From positions 56,296,001-56,360,000 of the forward strand of contig OZ320321.1 of assembly GCA_976226885.1 (NCBI GenBank): DNA of 64,000 nt, read 5' to 3'. The notes below the pieces were generated by a model. It was not told where the DNA came from, made no database searches, and saw only the letters and a program-made list of their open reading frames with translations. Origin of the DNA: Iphione sp. A-MEVVRFRX5. Lineage: Eukaryota. Position 1 is the first letter of the stretch, and every line of letters starts with the position of its first letter. Shown here in pieces: positions 26,057 through 38,414 of this stretch. A program made the translations under genes and the position numbers.

Positions 26057-26407
26057 TAATGACTTTTAAATATGACAGTTGGGCACGGTGTCAGTCTTGG
26101 TGGCTGATCTTTACAGACCTTAATGAGAGGCCACTTATGGGCTAAGTGGGGCCTCTGCATGCCAATAATGTGGTATTGGGGGGTCTGAGGGGGTCTAGGT
26201 GAACCATTAAGCGGGCATGGGTGCCTCATATCCATGAACACCGGGAGTTTTGTGTTCCCCTGGTGATCATGGTCCAACTGCCTCTCACCATTTGGTGAGA
26301 CTCCCTGGAGTGCCAATAATGTCCAGTAGGGAACAACTACCGGAGGTAATCGGTCAATTTTTATTTATGTGGCAATGTCCGGTGTTGTCCCTGGTCTGGT
26401 GAGGCAC

Positions 26408-29125
26408 TCAGAATGTTGCAGAGTCCATGACATTTAGGCCTGTCGGGGACACTGTGTGTAGGCGGTGTATCCAGTTGTACTCAACTAGATCCCGTAATCT
26501 TTTTGCTCTCACGCTGTCTGGGGTGGCGTGGATGAAATCCACTATGTGGATTTCTATATCGGAAATGCCCTGGTGGTTCTCGGAGTTGAAGTGTTCTCCG
26601 ATGATAGAGTTGGCGGTTTTCCGTTTGATATTGCCGAAGTGACCTTGGAATCGGTCCATCAGTCTGTTTTTGGTTTGGCCCACATATTGTAGGCCACATC
26701 TAGTGCATGTGATGCAGTAGATGATGTTTGAGCTTTTGCAGCTCACGTTCATTTTGGAGGCATACAAGCGCTTGCTATAGCTACTCTTAATGGCTCCTGT
26801 TTTGTTAATCTTTGGGCAGTATCTGCACGTCCGGATGGTGCATGTATTGAGGGTGTGTCCTGCTGTGGCATTCTCTGGTAACGGTTCCAGTTTGGCTCGT
26901 ACTAGGAGGTCTCGGAGGTTTTTGGGTCTTCTCAGACCACATGTAAAGCCCATTTTGTAAGTGTCCCTTGTGGCGCATGATTTGCCCAATAGGTCCCAGT
27001 TGTCTTTGACACTACGTTTGAGACCGTCGTATGCTGGGTGGAATGTTGTAACTAATACGTTGGTCTCATCATTTGTTTTCTGGTGAGTATCCTGGGTCAG
27101 GAGTGTGTCCCGTGATTGTTTGCATACTTCATTGTATGCCGTGGTCACCAGGTCCAGTGGGTAGCCTTTGCTGATGAAGGCTCGGCCTAGTTTGACTGCT
27201 GAGTTTACAAAGTCTGTGTCTCTGCTGCTTATCCTGCGAGCTCGTAGGAGTTGGCCATAAGGGATGGCCTTTTTGCAATGTTGGGGGTGGCTTGATGAGT
27301 AGTGCAGGTAGTTAAAGCCATCAGTGGGTTTGTGGTAGACCCTGGTCTGTAACTCACCACTACTTGTGGTGAACACTGTCGTGTCCAGGAAGTTGATCTC
27401 CCTGGTCGACTTTTCAAGTGTGAACTTGATACTTTCATGGCAGTTATTGAGGTGGTCTACGAACCTATCTAGTTCAGGTTCGCCATGTGTCCACACAGCA
27501 AATATGTCGTCAATGTATCTGTACCATACCACAGGTTGGTGTCGGTAGGTATACACATGCTTCTCCTCTAGATGTGACATGAAGAGATTAGCGTATGTGG
27601 GAGCCACCCGGGTTCCCATGGCTGTTCCAGATATCTGCAGGTAGTGGTCACCGTAGAATCTGAAGTTGTTCATACGTAGGACCATGCTGAGTAGCTGGCA
27701 GATGGTTTCGGTCTTCAGGCTGCCTCGGTGTTGGGTCGGGGCATCATGCAGTAGTTCTTTTATTGCGGTGATTCCTCCCTTATGAGGGATGTTTGTGTAT
27801 AGGGACGTGACGTCCAATGTGCACAGAATGGTGTCCCGCGGTAGGGCGGTTATAGAGTTTATCTTTTGGAGGAAATCCGTGGTGTCCCTCACATAAGATT
27901 TTATTCCCCTTATGAGTGGTTGTAGTAGGATGTCGACCAGGGCTGAGATTTTCTCAGTGGGGCAGCCATTCGCTGAGACTATTGGTCGTCCCGGCGGCGG
28001 GTTGATACCTTTGTGGATTTTAGGGAGCAGATAGAACTCTGCTGTCCTGGGTTCTTTCGTTAACAGCTTCGGTAGTAGCTGTTCTGGGATTTCTCCCGAT
28101 GTGACTAGGGCGGACAGGAAAGTGTTGATCTTCCCAGTGTGTTCCTCAGTCAAATCATGGTCTACTTTTTTGTAAAAGCGGGTGTCGGACAGTAGTTTGA
28201 GTCCCTCGTTGATGTAATCCGATCGATTCAAGATTACAGTTTTTCCCCCTTTATCTGCCGGCTTTATGACTATTTCTTTTCGACCCTTTAGTGTCTTAAT
28301 GGCAGTAAATTCCCCCTTAGCTAGGTTTTTGTACTTGGGTGCATGTGGTATGGTTTTACTCACCTATAGCTCTGTCGCGTTGATGAAGGATTCCAACGCG
28401 ATGGGACCTGGTGGTGGGTTCCAGGTTCGCTCGGGGCGGAGTACCTTGGATTTCCGTACCTCTTTGGACCACGACGGTGTGGGTTCTGCATGCAAGGTTG
28501 TGGTAGACTGGCTGGCACTTACCTTGTGTGTTGTATCGGGTTTGCTAAAAAACGCCCTGATGCGGAGTGATCTCGCAAATTTATCTAAATCTTGCCCAAT
28601 GTCACCTAGGTGGGGTTCACCAGGTGTGGGGCAGAATTTTAACCCTCTTTCTAGCAATTTTGTTTCTTCGACACTTAAGATTTGGTTGGACAGATTCAAC
28701 ACAGTGGACTCAAGCGGAAACGGTTCGGTAATTTTATTTCTGAATTCTTCACAATCAATCAAATCTGGATATGATATAGGTGAAGTGCTCCTGGTTATAC
28801 CCTTCGGGATGGGTGGGGCGTGGGTGCCCATCGGTGGGGTGGGTTGGGAGCCTACGGTGAGACGGTCCCCATGGGGGTCACCAGTGGGGGGTGGTGGGGG
28901 GACTGGTGGTTGGGGATTGTCAGTCTGCCCAATGGTGTTCGTCGGGCGGGTGTATTTTACTGCGGGTCTTGTTGTCGGAAGGCTTTTATCAGTTCCTTCT
29001 CGCGTCTGGTAAGTGTCCACCCGTCGCGTGTCTGCCGTCGGTTCGGGGCATTGCGGCGGTTGGGGTTGGTGGTGTTGTTGGTCCTGGGTTGTCTGCGTCC
29101 CCGTGCCTGTCTTTGGGCCCCCCAT
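26408..29125 (-). pseudogene. Penelope RT/GIY-YIG ORF split by one in-frame TAG (28366-28364)
   Basis: ORFs 28364-29125 and 26408-28363 are contiguous in one frame: ...FINATEL*VSKTIPH... Confidence 0.85.
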
Positions 29126-29725
29126 GCCTGGGCATTGGTGCTGTTGGTGTGGGAGGCAGCCTGAAAACCCCCTTGTACCCGTCGGCCTGGGGCGGCATCG
29201 TTACGGTTTGGGTGGGGGCGTATCTGGTCGGGGCGACCTTGTGGGCCTTCTGTCGCAGGTGGTCGGTTCATGGCATTTAAAGTGGGCCAGACATTGTTTG
29301 CTGCTGTCGTGGGCATCAGGGATGGTGGCGGTGGGGGAGGGGGTTGGAGTTGGGCCGGTTGCATCATGGGTGGTGCTAGGAGGGCTTGTGGGGCGGTTGT
29401 GGTTGGGGGATACTGTGGGGGTTGGGAGGAGGCATCTAATATCTTCGAATAGGGCAGGGTCGGGCTGGCGTTGGATGAGAAAGTCAGTGCGTTTCTCGAG
29501 TTGCGCCTGAAGGGTAGCCCTCTCCCGTTCAACCTGTTCATAGAGTCTTTCCTTGCTTAGCTCGAAGTATGGGCAACCGGCTTCTCGCATCAGGTTGCCC
29601 ACGGTTTCAAGCACTCTGAGAGCTCCCTCTCGGTCGATGGCCGCTCTCTGGATCAGCCCATCCGCGACACAGTGTTGAACGCCATACGCGGATCGCTGTC
29701 GGTTGTAGCCGATGTCTCTCAGCAT
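28957..29725 (-). CDS. Putative Penelope upstream ORF1 (helical N-terminus, Pro/Arg/Asn-rich body) spread over two frames
   Basis: ORF 29201-29725 has a helical-looking start; overlapping ORF 28957-29541 ends WTLTRREKELIKAFRQQDPQ; both lie directly upstream of the RT ORF. Confidence 0.5.
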
Positions 29726-30249
29726 GTCGGGGTCTCTCGCGTAAAAATTTAATTAAAGATTTACATTACTTCCTGTTACAGTGAATATCCTATTTCACAC
29801 TCCAAGAAGGCCTATCCAGAAATGGTAGATATCTATCCTGAATATCCGTAACCCTGTCTATGTACCTAACTTAGGTCAAATAAATCTGAGTGTATATATA
29901 TACATGTACTTCACCATTGATTCCGTTTCATGATGGTGTACAGATGTCTTGTCCCTCAGATTTGGCACCCCTAAAATTGAGAGGTTCAGTGTTTGCATCA
30001 TTTTGAAAGGAATTGAATAGAAATTTATTTTATTTGCTTCTCATTGAGGTACACAATAAGTTCTTCCAGCGAATACAACATGATGAAATAAGTATAGGGA
30101 CAAAGTAATGAAGGTAAAGAAAAAATGAATATACTGAATACGAATTTACATTTAAACTAGACAACGAGATTAAATGTCATGTTAGACAGTTAGGTACGAC
30201 ATTATACAGTAAGACAAGTTAGTATGACGTGAGTCAATATTAGCTAATA

Positions 30250-30840
30250 CAACATACACTTTTTCTTTAGATACGATTTCAAGGTGGTTAGTTTGGGGGC
30301 TGACCTCATCCCTACAGGCAAACTCCACATAACCAGAAGTTTGATGTGTCTAGTGATTTGTTCCCTTTCTTCCGGCTGATAAGGGGAGTAACGCCCTTCC
30401 TTGGTTGTATATGTTGTCATTTAATGGGACACAGTCCTGTGATAATAGCCTGTGAATCAGAGATAGTAGTTGGTGCCTACTTCTGGTTTCAAATAGGAGA
30501 ATGTTAAGGGTCCATCTCAACGATAATGCTGACCTATTTGCTTCTGGGTCCCCATGATGAATAATTTCATTTGCTAGTTAAATTCTATTTGGATTTCGTC
30601 TAGTATTTTCTTACTCTTGTTGACTATGAGTGGAACCCATAATAGAATAATAGGATGATAAATACCTTAAAGACCCTCATCCTGTCTTTAAAATCCAGAG
30701 ACCCCAGCAGCTTGGGGATGGTATACCCCCTTTGCCTGGCCTGCTGTTTTGTTTCTGCTAAGATAAGAAAATACTTATTTCTGACTGTCGCCTCAAAGAG
30801 GCCGTTTTCACAGTGCAGATACAATATTGTCAAAAAGTTA
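30250..30840 (-). pseudogene. 3' fragment of a CR1/L2-type LINE
   Basis: IPKLLGSLDFKDRMRVFKVFIILLFYYG resembles LSKVKGVMRFKERVLMFKSFILPIFDYG of the LINE at 23387. Confidence 0.6.
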
Positions 30841-30899
30841 GGAATTGATTAATGGCAATGAATAAAAAATAAAAAGAAACAAAAGAAAAATATGATGAG

Positions 30900-33410
30900 T
30901 CTTTTACATATAATAGTCAAGGTATACAGTGCAATGGAATTTGATCAGATAAACATTCAGTAAGATGTTAAGAAGCATAAAACAAACATTATGATTTAAA
31001 ATATTACAAATATTTCATTATTTACAATGATACTTCAGATGCTATAATGTGTTGGTATCAGGCCCACCCTGATATAGATTTATTTTCAGAGAGGAGATAA
31101 CCTTTTCCCTGTCACTCATATTTCTGAGAATAGGATTCAGGTTATTCCACAACCTAGGCCCTGAATAAGCAATTGGGTTTACAACTTTATTACAGTTTGT
31201 GATGAACAGGGCAAGCCTGGGACCTTCTGTGGTGCTTGTCCTAGGTTTCTTACTATTAATAGATTTTATATGATATGCTGTAAACATTAGAGTTGCAATA
31301 ATCATATTTCTTCTGATTTGAATGGTTTGAAGTTCATATCTTAGTGAAATCATTGAAGGATCTCTTTTCTCTGTGGTTCTCTTGTCTTTTATCTATTAAA
31401 GAGAATGTTCGATTTAGAATTTTAACATTTTATCGAATAACTTTTTGGTGCTGTCACAACAAAGGCATTCTAAGTTACCAAATGTTTGATTTTTGCAAGC
31501 ATGTAAATTCTGTTGCTAGCTATCTGCACGATAGGTCCTGATCTAATTTATACCCTAAGAATGAGCAATTCCCGCCCTTGCTTTTTGGTTTTCATGTCTA
31601 AGGCAAAAACCCATCGACCCAGCACCATGTAGTTTGTCTTCTCTGAATTTGGATTTAGACCATTCAAGTTGCTACACCTCAACATGTTCTTGATTCCTCT
31701 CTGGAGTTTAGGTCTGAGCACTATGATGTAACTGGTACTGGCGTACATGTATGTATCATCCACATAGATGGTTGCCTTTGTAACCATTAGTTCCTTAGGA
31801 AGTCCATTAATGACCACAGAGAAGAGGAGGGGGTGCCATTATACTTCCTTGTGGGAGGCCGATCTCCATTACTCTCCGATCTAATGCGTAACCATTGCCT
31901 TCTACGTGATGTTTCCTCATGTTTAGTATGAAAAAAGCCTCCTTATTCTCCCATATTCAACGCCGCGTCATAATTATTAATGTCGAAAGCTTTTGTTATG
32001 TCGAATAAAATCAGGTCAAAATGTCTATCTTCATCTATACTAGTGTGGCATTTCTCAAGTAACATTGAGAGGGCTGAGCTTGTTCCACTACCCCTCCAGA
32101 AGCCATGTTATTCTTCCGCAAAGAACCCCACTGATTCAAGGTATGATAACATCTGTGAGTGTGCAATTTTCCCAACTATCTTTCCTATTACAGGAATTCG
32201 TATTATCATTGGCCTATAACTGTTTTTCTCAGTGGTTACTAAGGGTTTCCTAATGATTGGTATTACCATACAGATCTTCCAGGCATCTAGGAATTAATAC
32301 TCTGTCTGCTAACGATGTGTTTCTGAGCTTACATATCGGTTCTAACAGTACTGGTAGGACATCTCAGAATACTCATGTCGGTATACCGGTCAGACCTGAT
32401 GGCTTTCTTGCCTTAAGCAATACGATTTCTTTTCTTAATTGATCCTCTGTTACTCCTCTTTGCTCCAAGGAGGACTTCCGCTGTGACTTAACATTTCTCT
32501 CTTCTACGTTTGGTGAGGTATCCTTGGACAGATTCGGAGCCTGGTCTATGATGTGATCGTTCAGGATTGGGGGTTTACTACTCTTATCTACCCAGATACC
32601 TGTCTCCGTTAATCTTATTACCGGTCTGTCAAAGTTTTGTTGAGAACTAGTTGATTGAGTTCCCTCCAGTAATCCTGGAGGTTGGAACATGAACTAAGCC
32701 TACAAGAGATAATTCCTTCTTTGCTTTTGTTAAAAGTGTTCTTACCACCCTGTGAAATACATGTACTGATTTTCTCTACAATTGGGCATAGCTGGTCACA
32801 TACTACTCTAATGCTGTTTTCAATCTTGCCCCAAGTTTGCTCCATGGTAGCTTGTTTGCTAGCCATTAATTCAGTTTGCGTTGGCTCTAAATATGGATTA
32901 GGATTGTCGGATTTTAATTCACATAAGATCTTGATTCATAGACGATGGGAGCCTTGCTATTTCTGATTTTCTTATTTCGGATGAAAACTGGGGTATAGTC
33001 ACTTACAAATAGTTCAATCACACCTGCCTCAACTATATGATTTATGTTACTAAACGTCAAGTCCATGCAAGCCGTGCTCGACTTACGGATGATGGTAGTT
33101 TCCGTAGTGAACTGGGACAAATTAAATCTCCTTAGGGGCCCTTTGAGTACTATTCTAATTCTATTGTTCTGTTTCCAGTCTAGGTTGAAGTCCCCATCTA
33201 CCAGTATGTCAGACCCACTTTCAATTTCGCCCGAGCACTTTCTCCAGTTGAATATTGTATCTCTATCTCGCCTCACCTTGTGTTCCAATCACTCATCTCC
33301 TGTACATGAGCTAACGCTGATACAAAGGTCCCAAGCCCCATCCCCCACTCTTCTTGATTTAGTAGTGTCCACTATGTTTTGTCTGTCTTTTACTAATAAT
33401 AGTCGTTGAT
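30900..33410 (-). mobile_element. Decayed CR1/L2-type LINE ORF2
   Basis: APE GDFNLDW and MDLTFSN (32914-33288); KPSGLTGIP (32373-32690); RT IYVDD (31548-31817); C-terminal GPRLWNNL (31042-31353). Confidence 0.85.
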
Positions 33411-34676
33411 CAAAACAACATATGTTTATATGTGCTCAAATACGTGTGTTATCCGTTGACAGGCACCATAGATGTCGAAGAGTATGTAAATGCAATAAAC
33501 ATACAGTTATGATTATTGTCATATTCACATTGTAAAGGTCGCTGCCTCGTGGCGAGGCCGATTGTATGTCTCCTACTTCATGCACGTTAGCTGTCCTTGG
33601 CAGTGTAGTAGTACAGATAGCTGTATTTTTTCAAACTCAAAGCAATGCAAGTGTATAGCTGGTTATTTATCAAAAATTTGTCAATGTATTTTACTGCATT
33701 TCTGTATCAATTTTGGGGGATACGTGTTGCTATTAAGAGAGACTCAGGTAATAATGGTGCATTTACAATCGCCAACAATAAAAAATCTAAATGAGTTGAT
33801 ACATAATTGCATCTTTTATGTTTAAAATATCCTCAGTTGGTGACACTTGCTCTAGTCGCATTTGGCCATGACCATGATAAACAAATGATCAGTTGTAAAT
33901 TATGAGTAAATTATTTTAAAGTATAGAAGTCAAGACTGTATAACCCATTGTTCAGATGAAAATAAGCAACTTCTGGGTTTTTCCGGTAAGTTTAGTGTAA
34001 CTTTGGTCTGAATATAGCTTTCATTCATGACAAATGAAATGCACCATGACCCTTTTCAAAGTACTTCATACTCTTGTTAGTATCCCATCACTCACATAAT
34101 AAGGGATCTTGTTCAGTCTCTGAACATCCTCTATGCTACCTTATCATATCTGACGTATACAAGTATCATTACTTATTCTTTTCAGTATCATTGTTACTAT
34201 ACATGCATTCTTTTATTTCGTTTCATGCATATCAGAAGCATCGACGAGAGCACGTCAATAAACTGGACTCAAATATACTTAATGTAAATATTCTGATCGA
34301 AATGAATTTACCAAAAACGTTTATGATGCCAGTTATATATGTGCGACATATATACATATAATAATATTATATTTCATATATCACGGTCCAGAGGTGGCCC
34401 TTTTAATTTCTTCAATAACCTTCTAGACCCCCCAGGCGTCGATTTGCGTTCGGCGTCTCTGTATTTCTGGGTATTCATGCGCTGTCACTGCACTTTCCAC
34501 ACGTATATTATCACCAGATTCTCCACTCCGATCTCTCTGCTGAATCCTTGAGCCATACACTTTCATTCAGAGACAAGGAATCTAAGGTTCAGGGAAACAA
34601 CGCGGTGGGATATGCGCTGCCATTCCCCCCTTGTCATCACCCAAAATGATCCACATCCTTTTTTTTTTCCTTTTAG

Positions 34677-34971
34677 AGTTTTGGACTTTACAACTAACGA
34701 GGAATTGCAGGTAATATCAGAGAGCGATAACGAGTGCGATGCTGGCGTGCTCCCCGTGGCGGCCGTCGGCGCCACCCCCTCCCTCCCTCCCACCTTCGAG
34801 GGACACCCCGTCCTTGGCGCGCCCCGATGGGACCCGCTGCCCCCACCCCACCCTCTCCTCGTCCTCCTCCTCCTGCCGCGTGTCCGTCGCCCACGCTCCA
34901 CAGTAAAAACGCGGCACCCGCCTCGCTACCTCCGGGACGCGTGCCCAGCTCTAATTGGTGATGCCCAATAA
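34677..34971 (+). other. GC-rich island with a candidate terminal exon of unknown product
   Basis: Strong acceptor (T-run...ccttttag at 34658-34676) followed by an open frame to TAA at 34971. Confidence 0.25.
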
Positions 34972-36686
34972 GGTTAATCAGATGTATAGTCCTGTAAATT
35001 TAGAACACCGCATGGAAGTCCGTATTTATAGCGGGATCGTGTGAAAATCCGCAAGCTGCTTTTCTTTCTCCTCGGCAATTGGCTTTTCTTTGCCAAAGGC
35101 CGCCCATAACTCAGCTGGCTAAGTAGGTGAGACTTCTTAGGACGTAGGTGGCTTGTCAGGAAGTCTGCGCATATGTGTGAATGACCGTGTTCCGAGGGTG
35201 TAAAAGGTTGGCGATTTCCTGTTCAACATTAGAAGGGACAGCGATGCTGCTGTCATAACATTTGTTATCATGACGTCCGCTCGTTATTATAAAAAAAACA
35301 CGCCAAAAAAAATGACACCTGCGATCATAGAACAATGCCTTTGTCTCCATCTGATACTGAACGGCGCTACTGTTACTACAAATTATGACGTAAGTCACTC
35401 TAACCGCATACCTCCCGTTAGAGCTCAGTTATTTCCACGAGGTACAGAATCATCACGACATAATTCCCATATTTTCATGGAAGCCTCTGACCGAGGAGGA
35501 CATGTTACGTGTTAGTTCTAGTTGGGACAAATAGTTGAATAGAATAGTTGAATGAAATCTTAACATATGAAAATACAAAAGTTTCACTTCAAAATAATTA
35601 GAGAAACGCTGCATAGATCCCGCATATTATGGTCTCAAAATTCTCAATAATAGATGGTAGTATGCTACCCCAGACGGATATTGAAGAGCCCTGTCCTGAT
35701 GATAGGTGAATATATATTCCTGGTTAAAGATACAATGATGTGAAATGAAAATTCAACCTTCGTGCTTGTCCAATATCACTTATTTAATCGCAACAAATTA
35801 TATTAAGTACATGTACTTTCGAATTTGCAGCAGGCATTGTTTACACTGTATCCAATGATTATAATGTCCTTATTCCTCGCCTAAGACAGTGAGATTATGA
35901 TAATCATTTTTATCATCGTAATGATCAACAGGTGGAAAGGACTTAACAGTACAAGGTTAATGAGGTGAAAGGTCCTATTCGTGGGGTTTAATCAAGACAG
36001 ATTCTGATGGTAAGATTTGTTCCTTCCAAGAGCAACCGTATGTCATTTAGTAATTGGTCCTGGTTCACCAACTTAATAGGAGGGACTGGGAGTAAGTACA
36101 TGGACGTACCCGTCAATATACCACCTCTGCTTGGTCAAATACAAGGCAAGTAAAAGTGTCTTTTCATAGTACTTCAGAGGCTACCGGCAATTAGTGAACC
36201 ACATGCAGTGATACACACTTAAATACCTTTTCGAAACTACATGTATGAGTGTCAAGTGTCATAAGGGTCATAAGGAGCATATTGCACTCCACGCTGCTAT
36301 TTAAAAAATATAAGTAATCTACAGGTTTAATTACTGATGTATAGTCGATCCCTTTAGCTTGCAGGCACATGTACAGATATTCCTATTTCCCAACAATTAG
36401 GGAAATTATTGATCATGTAAGGGTTACATATAAAAAAAACCCAAAGTTAAACGTACGAGCGGTGATTTTTCATTGTTCACCTAGGAAGTCTCAAATCCGA
36501 CATGCCATTGATCATTTGTCAATTTCTTTGCTCGTTTCAGCGAATGCTATCTCTGAAGGATATCCAAAATACATGCTTTCACCATTGGCTCATTAGAAAA
36601 GCCAACTGAACTCTGAGATAAGTGTCTATTACAGCAAAGCTTATTCTAGATAGATCATGCAATTGCATGTGATACACCTTTTATAT

Positions 36687-36996
36687 TGTTGGAGCCACTG
36701 CGTGGCTGCGGCACCGCGGCACGCCAGAGGTGCTGCGGCACAGTGGACCGGACAGGCGGGGTGCAGCGGCACGCCCCCGTGCGGCACTCGAAGGGGTGCT
36801 GCGGAGTTTGAGGGGACGGTACCCGGATGCTGAAGAGACTGGGGGTGGGTATATAAGGGAGTTGGCCCACCTGGGCAGTTCAGATTACCTTTGGTACTCA
36901 CGGTTGGTGCTTACTGCTTGTGCCTTTATCGTTCTTATCGAATAAACCTCTTTATCTTAACTGGAGTCATGTCTTACTTACGGAGCGGACGCTACA
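36687..36996 (+). repeat. 5' LTR (310 bp)
   Basis: Matches 46649-46958 except A36980/G46942; TATATAA at 36850-36856; AATAAA at 36941-36946. Confidence 0.98.
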
Positions 36997-38414
36997 TTGG
37001 TGGCAGCGGTGGGATGGAGGAATTACCCACAGGTGCGCCGCGACCGCGAGGACGAGGGACGCGCCCTGCTCCCCGGGGAGGACGCATGGGACGTACCATT
37101 CCCCATGAGCGGTCCCCCACGAGAGGAGACTCCAGCACTGAGGACGAGGAGGTGCGGCTCGGGGCGCATCGTGTGCCGCGGGGCCGCAGCACCCCCCTGC
37201 GCCGCGGCACCCGACCGTGCCGCAGCACCCCATCGTGCCGCAGCGGCACAGCATTGTCCGACGAGGACCATTCGTCGAGCCGCAGCAGCAGTGAGGATTC
37301 TTCTGTGCCCAGCAGGGTCGGCTCGCCCCGTGGGAGGGGCAGTGATGACGCCACACCTGGAACCCCCACCGGGGTAGGAGGACAGGCAGGTGGGACGGCG
37401 AACCCCCGCGACCCCGCTACCCCGGCCCCCCCGCCGCCAGCGGCCCCGCCAGCCGGCCCTTCCCCGCCCAACCCGAGCCCGGCCGGGGGCGGACAAGGAA
37501 ATGCTGTACAGCTGATGCGGGGACTGATGGATGAGATCCAGTCCGCTCTCCGGCCCGCCCCCCCGGCGCCCCCGACGCGCCGGTTCCATGTTAAGCCGGA
37601 ACCCTTCAGTGGAGGAGTCCCCCTTGCAGAGTATCTGCATCACTTCTCCCTGGTGGCCCGGGCCAACCGATGGGATGAAGCGGAACAGGCGCTGCAACTC
37701 AGCGTGTGCCTCAGGGGCTCGGCGCAGTCCGCCCTCCGCTCAGCCAATGTGGATGTGTCCGCGGAGGGGGCGTTCTCGACCATTGTCGAAACCCTGCGAC
37801 AGAGGTTCCAGTCGGAGGATCGGGCCCAGTATTATGAGCAGGAATTAAAACAGCGTCGCCAGAAGAAGGACGAGGACGTCCAGAAATTAGCCGAGGAAAT
37901 CGAGAGGCTGGTACGGCAGGCCTACCCCGAGGCCGAGGGCTCCTGGCTGGATCGAATGTGCAAGGACGCCTTCGTCTCGGCCCTCTGCGAAGAGCGTTGC
38001 CGGAGGTGGGTCGTGCAAGCTAAAGCTCGGTCCTTTCAGGCAGCCATCTCGGAGGCGCTCTTGGCCGAGTCGTACCACCGCGCCGAGAAGGAGCGCAGCC
38101 CGGGGGCTGGGGCGACGCGGGTCCATGCGGCACAGGCTGAATCTCAAGAGGTGGCGGCCGCCAGCCATGACGCCAAGACGACAACCGGATTGGAGCGCAT
38201 TGAGCAACTCCTGGCCAAGCTACTAGAACAGCCCGCGACCGCCGCTTCCCCCGTTAGGCGGGGCGGAAAGCGCGCGAGCAACGAAGGATGCTTTTATTGC
38301 AAGGAGCCCGGGCACTTCAAGCGGGACTGCCCGGTGCGGAAGGCGGCCGAGAGTGTCGCTGAAGTTGCTCCGTCGCAGCCGGAAAACGAGAAGCCGCCCG
38401 CCCCGGCTCAGTAG
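36969..38414 (+). CDS. gag: Gag (capsid domain plus CCHC zinc knuckle)
   Basis: KPEPFSG...YLHHF...ANRW...LRGSA capsid-like region; CFYCKEPGHFKRDC knuckle. First ATG after the TATA box is 36969; an alternative in-frame ATG is at 37014. Confidence 0.9.
   Translation: MSYLRSGRYIGGSGGMEELPTGAPRPRGRGTRPAPRGGRMGRTIPHERSPTRGDSSTEDEEVRLGAHRVPRGRSTPLRRGTRPCRSTPSCRSGTALSDEDHSSSRSSSEDSSVPSRVGSPRGRGSDDATPGTPTGVGGQAGGTANPRDPATPAPPPPAAPPAGPSPPNPSPAGGGQGNAVQLMRGLMDEIQSALRPAPPAPPTRRFHVKPEPFSGGVPLAEYLHHFSLVARANRWDEAEQALQLSVCLRGSAQSALRSANVDVSAEGAFSTIVETLRQRFQSEDRAQYYEQELKQRRQKKDEDVQKLAEEIERLVRQAYPEAEGSWLDRMCKDAFVSALCEERCRRWVVQAKARSFQAAISEALLAESYHRAEKERSPGAGATRVHAAQAESQEVAAASHDAKTTTGLERIEQLLAKLLEQPATAASPVRRGGKRASNEGCFYCKEPGHFKRDCPVRKAAESVAEVAPSQPENEKPPAPAQ
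36998..37015 (+). promoter_or_regulatory. Primer-binding site, tRNA-Leu
   Basis: TGGTGGCAGCGGTGGGAT, 1 nt after the LTR, is complementary to the 3' end (AUCCCACCGCUGCCA-CCA) of animal tRNA-Leu(AAG/UAG). Confidence 0.9.

Larger units (their letters stand above)
26019..29740 (-). mobile_element. Penelope-like element (Neptune-type), RT + GIY-YIG endonuclease
   Basis: VLNLS...LLERGLKFCPTP, KPADKG, GRPIVS, GTAMGT, WYRYIDDIF, FLDT; CxxxxCxxC linker; IIYCITCTRCGLQYVGQT endonuclease motif; ~390-nt 3' UTR ending in a hammerhead core. Confidence 0.95.

Noticed and set aside
28358-28366. TAG|GTGAGT in the Penelope ORF as a splice donor or readthrough signal
   Set aside because: A donor here would leave the TAG in the exon, and a single GAG to TAG change restores a plausible ELEVSK; most likely a nonsense mutation
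36730-36945. Identical 71-aa ORFs at 36730 and 46692
   Set aside because: Simply the two LTR copies; the start lies upstream of the TATA box, so it is not on the genomic RNA 5' end
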